This document shows positions 52,733 to 62,740 of a DNA stretch of 64,000 bases, piece after piece (position 1 is the stretch's first letter; each line of letters opens with the position of its first letter). The position numbers and the translations under genes were made by a program. This stretch comes from an uncultured Desulfarculus sp. (GTDB lineage Bacteria; Desulfobacterota; Desulfarculia; Desulfarculales; Desulfarculaceae). Location of the stretch: positions 32,001 through 96,000 of the forward strand of contig CAXXUK010000002.1 of NCBI GenBank assembly GCA_963665125.2. Direction: 5' to 3'. The notes beneath the pieces are model-generated. The model was not told where the DNA came from, searched no databases, and saw only the letters and a program-made list of their open reading frames with translations.

Positions 52733-54036
52733 ATCAGTTTGCCCCCTGTCAGCTTGTCGGCGCATTCCCGGAAGCGGGCCAGGATGCGCTGCTCATCAAG
52801 ATTCACGGCCTTGCGGTCTTTCATCAGCACCTTGCCGTGGCACACGCTGTGGATCACATCGCCGCCCCTGGCGCTGTAGACCAGTTGGCTCACCGGGTTG
52901 TACATGGGCGTCATATGGGCCGCGGTGGTGTCGACGACGATGACGTCGGCCAGCATGCCCTGAGCCAGGACGCCGGTTTGGCCGCCCAGGCCCATGGCCT
53001 TGGCCCCCTGGCTGGTGGCCATTGACAAAACCGCGTTGGCCGGCGCGGCGGTGGGGTCCAGGGTGGCCACCTTGCTCAGCTTGGCGCATGTGTCCATCTC
53101 GCCCAGCATGTCCAGGTTGTTGTTGCTGGCGCAGCCGTCGGTGCCCAGGCCCACGGTGAGCCCGGCGGAGAGCATCTTTTGCAGGGGCATTATGCCGCTG
53201 CCCAGCTTCATGTTGGATTCGGGGCAATGGGCCACCCTCACTCCGGCCCCGGCGGCCCTGGCTATTTCGTCGTCGCTCAGATCCACGGCGTGGTCGATGA
53301 GCAGCTTCGGCCCGGCGGCGCCCAGGTATTCCATGACCTCATAGGGCCGCTTGCCCCATTTGTCGATGACGGTCTGGGTTTCGAAGGCCGTCTCGGCCAG
53401 GTGGATGACCAGGTCAGCGCCGGTGTCGGCCTGTATCTGCACGGCGGTGCGCATCAGGGGCTCGGAGCAGGTGTACAGGGCGTGGGCCATCACCGCGCCG
53501 CTGATGCGGGGGTGGTCGGCATATTGGGCGATAAGCTCCCTGGTGGCCTTGTAGCCGTTTTCAAGTTCGCCGTAGCTTGGGCTGGGAAAGTCGTAGATCA
53601 CCTCGCCGATGACGGCCCGCAGGCCGCATTCGTCAATGGCCCGGGCAACGTCGGGGGCGAACAGATACATGTCGCTGAAGCAGGTGGTGCCGCTTTTGAT
53701 CATCTCCAGGCAGCCCAACATGGCCCCCCAGTACACGGCGTCGCCGTCGAGTTTCTGTTCGGTGGGGAATATATGCTCTTCCAGCCACTGGCTCAGGGGC
53801 AAGTCGTCGGCCAGGCCCCGCATAAGGGTCATGGACACGTGGGTGTGGCAGTTGATCAGACCCGGCAGGATCAACCCGCCTCCGGCGTCGATGACCTCGG
53901 CCTGGGGAACCGGCGGTGCCTGTTCCTGGGGTCCGGCGTAAACGATCTCAGGGCCGTCGCAGACAACGGCGCCTTTTTCCTGGATCGTCATCCTGTCGTC
54001 CATGGTCAGCAGGGTGCCGTTTTGGATGATAATCAT
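52729..54036 (-). CDS. MtaD-like amidohydrolase, second paralog
   Basis: PGLINCHTH, RGLADDLPL, HLAET, HCPESNMKLGSG, GLGTDGCASNN. Confidence 0.9.
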   Translation of the reverse strand: MIIIQNGTLLTMDDRMTIQEKGAVVCDGPEIVYAGPQEQAPPVPQAEVIDAGGGLILPGLINCHTHVSMTLMRGLADDLPLSQWLEEHIFPTEQKLDGDAVYWGAMLGCLEMIKSGTTCFSDMYLFAPDVARAIDECGLRAVIGEVIYDFPSPSYGELENGYKATRELIAQYADHPRISGAVMAHALYTCSEPLMRTAVQIQADTGADLVIHLAETAFETQTVIDKWGKRPYEVMEYLGAAGPKLLIDHAVDLSDDEIARAAGAGVRVAHCPESNMKLGSGIMPLQKMLSAGLTVGLGTDGCASNNNLDMLGEMDTCAKLSKVATLDPTAAPANAVLSMATSQGAKAMGLGGQTGVLAQGMLADVIVVDTTAAHMTPMYNPVSQLVYSARGGDVIHSVCHGKVLMKDRKAVNLDEQRILARFRECADKLTGGKLI

Positions 54037-54102
54037 ATGGTTGCTCCAGGCGCACGCGGCGCGCAAAAGTAAATCGGCCTAATTATGACCCGACCGAGGC
54101 AA

Positions 54103-54876
54103 TCAATCAAATTTTCCGCCCCGGCCCTGGCCCCGGCTGAAGCGGGTGGCCCCGCTGACGGTTTCGCCCGAGCCCACAACGTCCATGCCCCGGCTGAACT
54201 CGTTGGCCAGGGCCTCGGGCAGAGGCAAGCCCCACTGCTCATAGGCGCTGAGCCGGTCCGAGCGCATACAGGTTTGGGGGAAATTGGCCAGGGATGCGGC
54301 CAACTCCTCGGCGGCCCGTCTGGCTTCTCCGGCCGGCACGACGCGATTGGCCAAGCCCATTTGCAGGGCCTCGTCTGCCCCCACCGGCCTGCCGGTGAGG
54401 ATCATGTCCATTGCCCGGCCCATGCCGATAAGCCGGGGCAGGCGGATGGTGCCGCCGTCGATGAGCGGCACTCCGAAGCGGCGGCAGAACACGCCGAACA
54501 CGGCGGTCTCGTCGGCCACCCGCATGTCGCACCAACAGGCCAGCTCCAGGCCCCCGGCCACGGCATAGCCCGAAACCGCGGCTATCACCGGCTTGCTTAA
54601 AAGCATCCGCGAAGGCCCCATTGGGCCGTCGCCGGAATGGTCCAGGCGGTTGGCCCTGGATCCGCCGTCGGTGGCCACGGCCTTGAGATCGGCCCCGGCG
54701 CAGAAGTTGCCGCCCTGGCCGCACAACACGGCGCAGGCCGCCTCGGCGTCGGCCTCAAAGGCCCGGAAGGCATCGGCCAGCTGGGCCGCGGTGGGGCCGT
54801 CAACGGCGTTACGCACCTCGGGCCGGTCGATGATCACCGTGAATACCGGGCCGTTTTTCTCCACGCAAACCGCCAT
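54103..54876 (-). CDS. crotonase / enoyl-CoA hydratase family protein
   Basis: [29 protein letters not shown]. Confidence 0.92.
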   Translation of the reverse strand: MAVCVEKNGPVFTVIIDRPEVRNAVDGPTAAQLADAFRAFEADAEAACAVLCGQGGNFCAGADLKAVATDGGSRANRLDHSGDGPMGPSRMLLSKPVIAAVSGYAVAGGLELACWCDMRVADETAVFGVFCRRFGVPLIDGGTIRLPRLIGMGRAMDMILTGRPVGADEALQMGLANRVVPAGEARRAAEELAASLANFPQTCMRSDRLSAYEQWGLPLPEALANEFSRGMDVVGSGETVSGATRFSRGQGRGGKFD

Positions 54877-54888
54877 GGCCGCCTCCTT

Positions 54889-55713
54889 TTACATCCGGGC
54901 GATGACGCCCTCCATGAGCTTGGCCATGTCCACACCGGCCTTTCCGGCGTTTTCAATGACCAGATCAATGGGCGCCGGCTGCATGTCGTCCGGGTCGTTG
55001 ATATTGGCGATGGCCGAAAAGGCCAGGATGCGCAGGCCGTGGTGCTTGGCGGCGATTACCTCCAACACCGTGGACATGCCCACCGCGTCGGCCCCGAAAA
55101 ACCGCAGCATCCGCGTCTCGGCCGGGGTCTCCATGGACGGGCCCAACAGGCCAACGTACACGCCCTGGTACATCTCGATGCCCTGATCGGCGGCCACCTG
55201 CCGGGCCATGTCCATCAGCCGAGGATCGTAGACCTGGACCATCTCCGGGAAACGATCGCCCCAGTTGTCGATATTGGCCCCGACCAGGGGGTTTTGGCCG
55301 AAGAAGTTGATGTGATCGGTGATCAGCATGACCCGCCCGGCCTGCCAGGTGATGTCCAGGCCGCCCGCCGCGTTGCTGCACACGAACGTGTTCGCCCCCA
55401 GGCCGGCCAGCACCCGCACCGGCATGCTCACCTCGTATGGCGTGTAGCCCTCGTAGAGATGAAAGCGCCCGGCCAGGGCGGCGACCTTTTTGCCGCCCAA
55501 ATAGCCGAAGATCAGCTCGCCGGCATGGCTTTCCACCGTGGAGACGGGAAACTCGGGAATGGTTTGATAAGGCACTATGGCCACGTCTTCGATGCGTTCG
55601 GCCAGGCCCGACAACCCCGTGCCCAGAGTCAGAATCACCTGGGGCCTGAAATCAGCGGGCAATATTTGCTCGAGATGGGCCACGGCCCTTTTTACTTTTT
55701 GCAGTCGTTCCAT
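54889..55713 (-). CDS. purine-nucleoside phosphorylase (trimeric family)
   Basis: LGTGL, STVESHAG, GRFHLYEG, NAAGG, GPSMETPAE, VGMST. Confidence 0.93.
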   Translation of the reverse strand: MERLQKVKRAVAHLEQILPADFRPQVILTLGTGLSGLAERIEDVAIVPYQTIPEFPVSTVESHAGELIFGYLGGKKVAALAGRFHLYEGYTPYEVSMPVRVLAGLGANTFVCSNAAGGLDITWQAGRVMLITDHINFFGQNPLVGANIDNWGDRFPEMVQVYDPRLMDMARQVAADQGIEMYQGVYVGLLGPSMETPAETRMLRFFGADAVGMSTVLEVIAAKHHGLRILAFSAIANINDPDDMQPAPIDLVIENAGKAGVDMAKLMEGVIARM

Positions 55714-55851
55714 TTGTTGGCTCCACGGTTAAGGCGATGATTAACGAAGGCTAGCCGGGGGGCGGGCCGCATGTCAATTTTTTTTACGGCCTAACGTATC
55801 GGGCTTATTGACCATAGCCGATGTATACAATTTCAGTAGATTTTTGTGGTA

Positions 55852-55879
55852 TTGACACGGGGGGGCATGGCTTCATAAT
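55852..55879 (+). promoter_or_regulatory. putative sigma70 promoter
   Basis: TTGACA-16 nt-CATAAT upstream of the lytic transglycosylase. Confidence 0.55.
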
Positions 55880-55898
55880 TGGACTCAGGATAAATACG

Positions 55899-56528
55899 AT
55901 GCTATCGATATTACGCAGAATAAAGCAGGTGGCCTGCGTATTTTTTATTATTAATATCGCGGGCTTCGCCGTTTGGTTGCTCCTGGGTTCACCCCTTCCG
56001 GATTCGATGGAATGGCGGCCGGAGCGCAAACTGGACGCTGAAGCCAAAATGGCCGCCCAGCTTGAACAGATACGCGACAACTGGGATATGCCCCTGGAGC
56101 AGCGCAGGCGCATGCTCTGGCCCATTATCAGGCGTTTGAGCCAGGAATCCGGGGTTGATCCGGCCCTGGTCATGGCCATGGTGGCCGTTGAAAGCCGCTT
56201 CCGGCCTTGGGCCGTGAGTCCGGCCGGAGCCCTGGGCCTGATGCAGCTTACGCCCACCACCGCCCTGCACCTGGGCCTGGAAGCCCCCCACAACGCCCTG
56301 GACCCCATAGCCAACCTCAGGGCCGGAATCAAATATTTCGTCGGCCTGCAGCAACGCTTCAACGGCGATCTAAAGATGGCCCTGGCCGCCTACAACGCCG
56401 GGCCCACCGCCGTCAGCCGCCACGGCGGAGTGCCGCCCATCGAAGAGACCCAGAATTATGTGAGCCGGGTGCTCAAGGAGCAGCAGCGGTTCGCCGTCAA
56501 ATATAATTCCTTTGCCGCCGCCAACTAG
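55899..56528 (+). CDS. SLT-domain lytic transglycosylase
   Basis: VESRF, AVSPAGALGLMQL, ALAAYNAG, ETQNYV. Confidence 0.93.
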   Translation: MLSILRRIKQVACVFFIINIAGFAVWLLLGSPLPDSMEWRPERKLDAEAKMAAQLEQIRDNWDMPLEQRRRMLWPIIRRLSQESGVDPALVMAMVAVESRFRPWAVSPAGALGLMQLTPTTALHLGLEAPHNALDPIANLRAGIKYFVGLQQRFNGDLKMALAAYNAGPTAVSRHGGVPPIEETQNYVSRVLKEQQRFAVKYNSFAAAN

Positions 56529-56825
56529 CGCGGGGTTTCTTTTTCAGCCTCGGTGCCCTATCGATCGCTGTGTCGACGCTAGCTTACCGGAAAAGCCGAT
56601 TTAGACCGGAGTTGGGGACTCCCTTTCAATAAAGGTGGTGGCCCCACCCCGTGTAGTTATACGGCCCTGACGGCCGACTGGTATTGGGCAGGGGACATGT
56701 AGGCCAGGGGCCCAGTGCGGGAGCATAGGCCTCGGCCAGGTTTTGATTAATTAAATGCGGACGGCTGGGTTAAACTGTGGAAAACAGCCGCATCGGCACT
56801 TAACGAACCAACCAAGCGGGAGCCT

Positions 56826-57932
56826 TTGACATTGGCCAAGAAAAAAGCGCTGATAACCGGTATCACCGGGCAGGATGGGGCCTATCTGGCAGAGTTTCTT
56901 TTGGGCAAGGGCTACCAGGTCCACGGCGTTATCCGCCGCTCAAGCTGCTTCAACACGGCCCGCATCGATCATTTGTACCAAGACCCGCACACGCCCGAGC
57001 GGTCGTTGATCCTGCACTATGGCGACATGACCGACAGCACCAACCTGCTGCGCATCGTCCAGGAGGTGCGGCCCGAGGAGATCTACAATCTGGCCGCCCA
57101 GAGCCACGTGCAGGTCAGCTTTGAGACGCCGGAATACACGGCCAACTCCGACGCCCTGGGCGCCCTGCGCATGCTGGAGACGATCCGCATCCTCGGTCTG
57201 ACCGACCACACCCGCTACTACCAGGCGTCGACCAGCGAGCTTTTCGGCAAGGTGGCTGAAACGCCGCAAAAGGAGACCACGCCGTTTCATCCGCGTTCGC
57301 CGTACGGCGCGGCCAAGCTCTACGCCTATTGGATCACCGTCAACTACCGCGAGGCCTACGGTATGTACGCGGTCAACGGCATCCTGTTCAACCACGAATC
57401 GCCCAGCCGGGGCGCCACGTTCGTCACCCGCAAGATCACCAGGGCCGTGGCCCACATCGTCAGCGGCCTGGAGGATTGCCTGTACCTGGGCAATCTGGAG
57501 GCCCGGCGCGACTGGGGCGATGCCCGGGATTTCGTGCGCGGCATGTGGCTGATGCTCCAGCAGGACCAGCCCGACGATTTTGTCTTGGCCACGGGCCGCC
57601 AGCATTCGGTGCGCCGGTTCGTGGAGATAGCCTTCGCCCATGCGGGTATGCCCATCACCTGGCAGGGTGACGGCGTGGATGAAGTGGGCCTGACCACCGA
57701 CCCCAAAACCGGCCGGGAAAAAACCGTTGTGCGCATCGACCCGCGCTATTTCCGGGCTACGGAGGTCGAAACTCTCTTGGGCGACGCCTCTAAGGCCAAA
57801 GAGGTCTTGGGCTGGCAGCCGGAGATCAGCTTCGAGGACATGGTCGAGGAGATGATGCGCGAGGACATGCGCCGGGCCGCCCAGGAGGCCGCTTTAGGCC
57901 GCGACGGCATGAGAAACGGCAACTATTTCTAG
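56826..57932 (+). CDS. gmd: GDP-mannose 4,6-dehydratase
   Basis: [42 protein letters not shown]. Confidence 0.98.
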   Translation: MTLAKKKALITGITGQDGAYLAEFLLGKGYQVHGVIRRSSCFNTARIDHLYQDPHTPERSLILHYGDMTDSTNLLRIVQEVRPEEIYNLAAQSHVQVSFETPEYTANSDALGALRMLETIRILGLTDHTRYYQASTSELFGKVAETPQKETTPFHPRSPYGAAKLYAYWITVNYREAYGMYAVNGILFNHESPSRGATFVTRKITRAVAHIVSGLEDCLYLGNLEARRDWGDARDFVRGMWLMLQQDQPDDFVLATGRQHSVRRFVEIAFAHAGMPITWQGDGVDEVGLTTDPKTGREKTVVRIDPRYFRATEVETLLGDASKAKEVLGWQPEISFEDMVEEMMREDMRRAAQEAALGRDGMRNGNYF

Positions 57933-58112
57933 GCTTTTCATAAAAGTATTTTGGCAGGAAATTAAAAATTAAGAGCAACAAACCGACAGGCGTCAACACT
58001 TTGAGTCTTCCGAGATAATAGCCAAAATACTTTTACCCTACGGGCGAGCCCATGGAACTCGTGAAAAGCACCAATGGTGTAAAGAATCTGTTTGATGGAT
58101 GTGGAGAATGTG

Positions 58113-59078
58113 ATGCCTCTACCAGAGGGCGCGAAGATATATGTGGCCGGGCACAGGGGATTGGTGGGTTCGGCCATTTATCGAAGGCTGGCCGCCGAAG
58201 ACCGCTATGAGCTGATCACCCGCGGCCACTCGGAGCTGGAGCTTTCCGAGCAGGCTGACGTGCGGCGTTTTTTCGAAAACGAGCGCCCCGGCTACGTGGT
58301 CATCGCCGCGGCCAAGGTGGGCGGGATCATGGCCAACGCCACCTATCCGGCCGACTTTATTTTGCAAAACCTGTTGATCCAGACCAACATCATACAGGCC
58401 GCCTGGCAGACCGGCGTGGAGCGGCTGTTGTTCCTGGGCTCGTCGTGCATCTACCCCAAACTGTGCCCCCAGCCCATGAAAGAGGAGCATCTGCTCACCG
58501 GGCCCCTGGAGCCAACCAACCGGCCCTATGCCGTTGCCAAGATCTCGGGCATCGAGCTTTGCTGGGGCCTCAACCGGCAATACGGCACCAAATACCTCTG
58601 CGTGATGCCCACCAACGTCTACGGCAAGGGCGACAACTACAACCTGGAGACCGGCCACGTGCTGCCGGCCCTGATCAGGCGCTTTCACGACGCCAAGACC
58701 AGCGGCGCTCCCGATGTGACCCTGTGGGGCACCGGCTCGCCATACCGCGAGTTCATCCTCAGCGACGACCTGGCCGACGCCTGCGTTCATTTGCTGGGCC
58801 TGGATTCTCGGCCGTTTGAGGAACTCATCTCATCCCAGGACAGGCCGCCGCTTATCAACATCGGCGTGGGCAAGGAAACAACCATAGCCGATCTGGCCGC
58901 CCTGGTTTCCCAGGTGGTGGGTTATGGCGGAGAGATAGTCTGGGACAGCACCAAACCCGACGGCACGCCCCGAAAGCTGCTGGATGTGAGCCTGCTGGCC
59001 AGCCTGGGCTGGCAAGCCAAGACCAGGCTCCGGGACGGCATCGAATATACCTATGGGCAATATCTGAAAACGCTGTGA
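58113..59078 (+). CDS. fcl: GDP-L-fucose synthase
   Basis: VAGHRGLVGSA, AAKVGGIMAN, LGSSCIYPK, KPDGTPRK. Confidence 0.97.
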   Translation: MPLPEGAKIYVAGHRGLVGSAIYRRLAAEDRYELITRGHSELELSEQADVRRFFENERPGYVVIAAAKVGGIMANATYPADFILQNLLIQTNIIQAAWQTGVERLLFLGSSCIYPKLCPQPMKEEHLLTGPLEPTNRPYAVAKISGIELCWGLNRQYGTKYLCVMPTNVYGKGDNYNLETGHVLPALIRRFHDAKTSGAPDVTLWGTGSPYREFILSDDLADACVHLLGLDSRPFEELISSQDRPPLINIGVGKETTIADLAALVSQVVGYGGEIVWDSTKPDGTPRKLLDVSLLASLGWQAKTRLRDGIEYTYGQYLKTL

Positions 59079-59192
59079 GATGTTCTAGTTGTACTAAATA
59101 AAAAGTTTGGTGGCGCAAAGGCCCTACAAGGTGTAGTTGTATTTTCAGGCGTTAATTTCACAACTGAATTACAACTATAAGAGAGGGCTGTA

Positions 59193-59789
59193 ATGGAAAG
59201 TCCTGAAGCGTCTGAACATCAACACGGGCCGGTCAAGAAACACGGCGGACCCAGCAGTTTCGACATGCACGACGAAGATGCGGTTTTCGCCGAGATAGGC
59301 CTGAAACCGGGCGACACTCTCGTGGATATCGGCTGCGGGCCGGGTGATTATTCCCTGCATGCCGCCAGCCTGGTCAGCCCCGGCGGCCTGGTCCACGCCC
59401 TGGACCGCTGGCGGGATATGATCAAGCGTATGGATGAGCAGGCCGTGGAAAACGACATCGCCAATATCCGCGGCCATGTCTGCGACGTCACCGCGCCGCT
59501 GCCCCTGGCCGATGGCATTGCCGACGCCTGCCTGATGGCCACCATGCTGCACATTGTTGATCTGCCCAAATTCGGCAAGGGCCTGTTTGACGAGGTCCAC
59601 CGGATTCTAAAACCCCACGGCAAACTGTGCATCATCAACTGTAAAAAAGAAGACCAGCCCTGGGGCCCGCCCAAGCGCATGCGCCTGTCGCCCGAGGAAT
59701 GCCGGGACCTGGTTGAGCCCAGCGGCTTTGTCCAGACCGGTTATCTGGATCTGGGATATAATTATTTGATACGTTTCGAGCCCCAATAG
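59193..59789 (+). CDS. class I SAM-dependent methyltransferase
   Basis: VDIGCGPG, HALD, RILKPHG. Confidence 0.9.
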   Translation: MESPEASEHQHGPVKKHGGPSSFDMHDEDAVFAEIGLKPGDTLVDIGCGPGDYSLHAASLVSPGGLVHALDRWRDMIKRMDEQAVENDIANIRGHVCDVTAPLPLADGIADACLMATMLHIVDLPKFGKGLFDEVHRILKPHGKLCIINCKKEDQPWGPPKRMRLSPEECRDLVEPSGFVQTGYLDLGYNYLIRFEPQ

Positions 59790-59813
59790 GCCCAAGAGAC
59801 ATTTGATTAACAC

Positions 59814-59841
59814 ACCGGGCGAATCCATGCGCCCGGTTTTT
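59814..59841 (+). terminator. intrinsic terminator
   Basis: ACCGGGCG-loop-CGCCCGGT followed by a T tract. Confidence 0.7.
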
Positions 59842-60049
59842 CTATTCCGGCACGTGGCAAGCCAAAAAGCCGTTGACATCCCGGCCCGGCGCGGCTTGAA
59901 TCCCTTAGGGGAAATACAATATCCGTGGGCTTGCCGGGCTAAGCCACGGATTCGGCCCTTTTGGCGGCCCGGGCATGCCGCGCGGCAATTCATCCCTTAT
60001 ACCGATCATCAATACCGGGTCAGTGACCTGGCCAAAAAAAGGAACGTCC

Positions 60050-60679
60050 ATGAGCGAAAAACGCGTTGAGATAAAAGTAGACGAGGATGTGACCCTGGAG
60101 GGCATGTACTCGGAAGCGGCCGATGCCCCCGGTGCGGCCATTGTCCTGCACCCGCACCCCCAATACGGCGGATCCATGGACAACAATGTAGTGGCGGCCA
60201 TGTGCGACGGCGCGGCCCGGGCGGGCTGGAGTTGCCTGCGCTTCAATTTCCGGGGTGTGGGCGCCAGCACCGGAGCCCACGGCGGAGGTTATGCCGAAGC
60301 CTCGGATGTCGCCGCCGTGGCCCAGTGGCTCCAAGAGCAAAAAAAGTGCACTCTGGCTCTGCTGGGCTACAGTTTTGGAAGCCTGGTTGGCTCTCTGGCC
60401 GCCACCCAAATCCCCGAGGTCGACCGGGCGCTGTGGGTGGCCCCGCCCTTGGTGATGGGCAATTTGTCACAGTGGCCGGAACAAAACGGGCCATGTTGGA
60501 TCATTGCCGGTTCCCAGGACGAGTTTACGGCCGTGGGGGCCTTGCAGGCCTATGTCAACGAGTTTGGTGCACGGGGGTTTTTTAAATTGCGCCCAGGTGT
60601 GGATCATTTTTGGTGGGGACAGGAGAGTGCACTTTCTGACCTGGCGACAAGGCTGCTGCGCGGGGATGCGCCGGAATAG
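60050..60679 (+). CDS. alpha/beta hydrolase
   Basis: HPHPQYGGSMDN, RFNFRGVG, GYSFG nucleophile elbow, DHF. Confidence 0.92.
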   Translation: MSEKRVEIKVDEDVTLEGMYSEAADAPGAAIVLHPHPQYGGSMDNNVVAAMCDGAARAGWSCLRFNFRGVGASTGAHGGGYAEASDVAAVAQWLQEQKKCTLALLGYSFGSLVGSLAATQIPEVDRALWVAPPLVMGNLSQWPEQNGPCWIIAGSQDEFTAVGALQAYVNEFGARGFFKLRPGVDHFWWGQESALSDLATRLLRGDAPE

Positions 60680-60747
60680 GTACAATTACGCATATTCAAC
60701 ATTTTGTGGGCATTTTTGTGAAATGCCACAATATGTAGAAAATGGGG

Positions 60748-60777
60748 TTGACACGGCGACAGCTGGTTTGATAGGTT
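60748..60777 (+). promoter_or_regulatory. putative sigma70 promoter
   Basis: TTGACA-18 nt-TAGGTT with a TGn extension. Confidence 0.5.
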
Positions 60778-60782
60778 CCCAA

Positions 60783-60960
60783 TCGAGGGTTAATGCACCA
60801 TTCAATCCTGGGCTTACGCCCGCGGCGCCCCCCTGTCTTGCCTGGGACTGATCTCTGCAACGGAGCGGTACCTAGCCGGGGGGCGGCATCCCCATTTAGA
60901 AGGCTTTGGGCCTTCTCCCCACCCCGCTCAGGGCCGGCCTTCCGGCCCTGAACCTTTTTC
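60783..60960 (+). ncRNA. candidate structured small RNA or cis-regulatory leader
   Basis: Promoter upstream, several stems, terminator hairpin TCAGGGCCGG/CCGGCCCTGA plus T tract; family not recognised. Confidence 0.4.
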
Positions 60961-61029
60961 GGGCCGTATGCATCTTGCTTCACAGGTTTTTTCATGCCAG
61001 GATAGATAAACTGCTGTCACAGGGCGGGG

Positions 61030-62166
61030 GTGCGGATGGATCACGAGCCTCAACGCATAGACGAATGCATCGACCAGCTTCGGGAAGCCGTGCAGGAGTT
61101 GGAAAAGTTCCGGCGCATTGTTGATACAGCCGAAGATGCGGTGATTACGGTTGACGAAAACCAGGAACTGGTTTTCATCAACCGGGCAGCCGAAAAGATG
61201 TTCGGCTATACCAGGGAGGAACTACTGGGCCGCGACATGGGCCCGCTGATTCCCGTGGACCTGCGCAAAAGCCATCACGGCTATATCGAACGCGTCATCA
61301 AAACCGGCCGCCAGCGCACCATGGGCCATCCATTTCAAATGGAAGCCCAACACCGCGACGGAACCAAATTTCCGGTGCACCTGACCTTCAGCGTTGCCGA
61401 GGTCGACGGACAATACCTGTTTACGGCCATCATGCGCGACCTGAGCGAAAAGCAGGGCCTGACCGAAAAGATCAAGCGGGCCGAGACTCTGGCCGTGGTG
61501 GGCCAGATGGTGGCCACGGTTGGCCACGAGGTGCGCCAGCCCCTGACCTCCATCGGCGGATTCGCCCGCCAGTTGACCAAGGAAACCCAGCTTTCCGAAC
61601 ACGCCAAACGCAAGCTGCAGATCATCGTTGACGAGGTGGCCCGCCTGGAGCGCATGCTCGGCGAACTCAACGACCTTTCGCGGCCCGTGGAATACAATTG
61701 GAATGAAACCGACATGGGCCAGGTGCTCGACGATGTCCTGGAGGGCCTGTCCCCGGAGATCACCAACAGCGGCGCCAACCTGAGCGTAAGCAAGTCCGAA
61801 GGCCTGCCCAAGGTTTTGGCCGACAAGGACCGTCTGGGACAGGTGGTGCGCAATCTGCTGGTCAACGCCATGCAGGCCGGCGGCGACGAGCCGGTGCTGG
61901 GAATCAACGTCGGCCCCGGCCCGGACGGCGGCGTTCAGGTTCAGATCCGTGATAAGGGGCCCGGCATCGCGCCCGAGGCCCTGAGCCAGATATTCAAGCC
62001 GTTTTTCACCACCAAAAAAGGCGGAACCGGCTTGGGCTTGGCCGTGGCCCGGCGCATAATCAATGACCACGACGGCACGATCAACCTGGAAAACGGCCCT
62101 CAGGGCGGGGCGGTGGCCACGATTTTATTGCCCGCGTCCAGCAACCGTTTAGCCGCGCAAGGTTGA
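61030..62166 (+). CDS. cytoplasmic PAS sensor histidine kinase
   Basis: FixL-like PAS (H..YI), H-box VGHEVRQPL, FFTTKKGGTGLGL. Confidence 0.93.
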   Translation: MRMDHEPQRIDECIDQLREAVQELEKFRRIVDTAEDAVITVDENQELVFINRAAEKMFGYTREELLGRDMGPLIPVDLRKSHHGYIERVIKTGRQRTMGHPFQMEAQHRDGTKFPVHLTFSVAEVDGQYLFTAIMRDLSEKQGLTEKIKRAETLAVVGQMVATVGHEVRQPLTSIGGFARQLTKETQLSEHAKRKLQIIVDEVARLERMLGELNDLSRPVEYNWNETDMGQVLDDVLEGLSPEITNSGANLSVSKSEGLPKVLADKDRLGQVVRNLLVNAMQAGGDEPVLGINVGPGPDGGVQVQIRDKGPGIAPEALSQIFKPFFTTKKGGTGLGLAVARRIINDHDGTINLENGPQGGAVATILLPASSNRLAAQG

Positions 62167-62227
62167 CCCCCGGCCCCAAGGGGTTATAATCCCAGTCATA
62201 GTTATAATCGCTACGACCGAGGTTCAG

Positions 62228-62740
62228 ATGGCTATTTTGCCGATATTGAAATATCCTGATTCCGTGCTGGCCAAAAAGTGCGCCGATATCGGGCAGATCG
62301 ACGATGATCTCCGCACCCTGGCCCAGGACATGATAGATACGATGTACGACGCCCCCGGCGTGGGTTTGGCCGCGCCACAAGTGGGCAAAAGCATCCGGCT
62401 GGTGGTGGTTGACACGGCTCCGGAAGAGGAGCGGGGCAACCCCATGGTGCTGATCAACCCCAGGATCACTTCCAAGGCCGGGCAAATCATTTGGGACGAG
62501 GCCTGCCTTTCGGTGCCGGATTATTCCGCCGACGTGGTTCGGGCCTCCGAGGTCACCGTGGAGGCCCTCGACCTGGAAGGCAACGAGATCGTCATCGAGG
62601 CCCAGGGTCTGTCGGCCGTTTGCCTGCAACACGAGCTCGACCATTTGGACGGCATATTGTTTATCGACCACATCAGCAACCTCAAGCGTTCGTTGTACCG
62701 TAAAAAACGCCTTAAACAGCTCAAGCGGGCGGAGGACTGA
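62228..62740 (+). CDS. def: peptide deformylase
   Basis: GVGLAAPQVG, EACLS, QHELDHLDG. Confidence 0.97.
   Translation: MAILPILKYPDSVLAKKCADIGQIDDDLRTLAQDMIDTMYDAPGVGLAAPQVGKSIRLVVVDTAPEEERGNPMVLINPRITSKAGQIIWDEACLSVPDYSADVVRASEVTVEALDLEGNEIVIEAQGLSAVCLQHELDHLDGILFIDHISNLKRSLYRKKRLKQLKRAED

Noticed and set aside
56529..56825. Hairpin-containing leader of gmd (possible ops/JUMPStart element)
   Set aside because: No GGCGGTAG ops core was found; the stems are short and expected by chance in GC-rich DNA.
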